From Podarcis liolepis (Eukaryota): a stretch of 64,000 bases of DNA. Below the pieces are notes generated by a model that searched no databases, was not told where the DNA came from, and was given only the letters and a program-made list of their open reading frames with translations. The stretch is from NCBI GenBank assembly GCA_965112155.1, contig OZ218098.1; one strand, 5' to 3'. Below are positions 63,776 to 64,000 of this stretch, piece after piece; position 1 is the stretch's first letter; every line of letters begins with the position of its first letter. The position numbers were made by a program, and so were the translations under genes.

Positions 63776-64000
63776 CTAAAAATAAGCAAGTGTCTTAAGT
63801 TAATACGCTACTACCCATTTAATACATCTCTACTATTTCTTAACATTATATCATTATGAATATTTTTTTAAAGCATGCAAATGCTCCAAGTGGGAAGTTA
63901 TTAAATAATTAAGTTGTTAAATAATTTTGAAATGTACATTCTCTTTAAAATTTAACACAAGGAATATTTAAAACAGAGCAACTTTATTAATCATTTTTAT

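Overview
Vertebrate genomic DNA, almost certainly from a lacertid lizard (Sauria SINE, Squam3-type SINE, BovB, CR1, L2, Penelope, Tc1/mariner and hAT MITEs). It holds two convergent genes. FBXO33 (+) contributes coding exons 2-4 and its 3'UTR, which has two assembly gaps; exon 1 lies left of the window. MIA2/CTAGE5 (TALI) (-) contributes 26 phase-consistent coding exons of the long TALI form, from a 4,432-bp luminal exon to the stop at 17742, plus two alternative first coding exons for cTAGE5 forms; the SH3/MOTH exons lie right of the window. The most notable signals are: (i) a luminal exon that makes TALI about 1,000 aa longer than the human protein; (ii) an apparent membrane-versus-soluble switch built from a poly(A) cassette directly behind the giant exon and a candidate cryptic terminal exon; (iii) a 7-codon alternative first exon; (iv) a Penelope-derived hammerhead ribozyme motif in sense orientation in a MIA2 intron; and (v) a hAT element carrying a CpG-rich cargo. 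Gene identities and human comparisons are from my memory of the human proteins, not from a database search.
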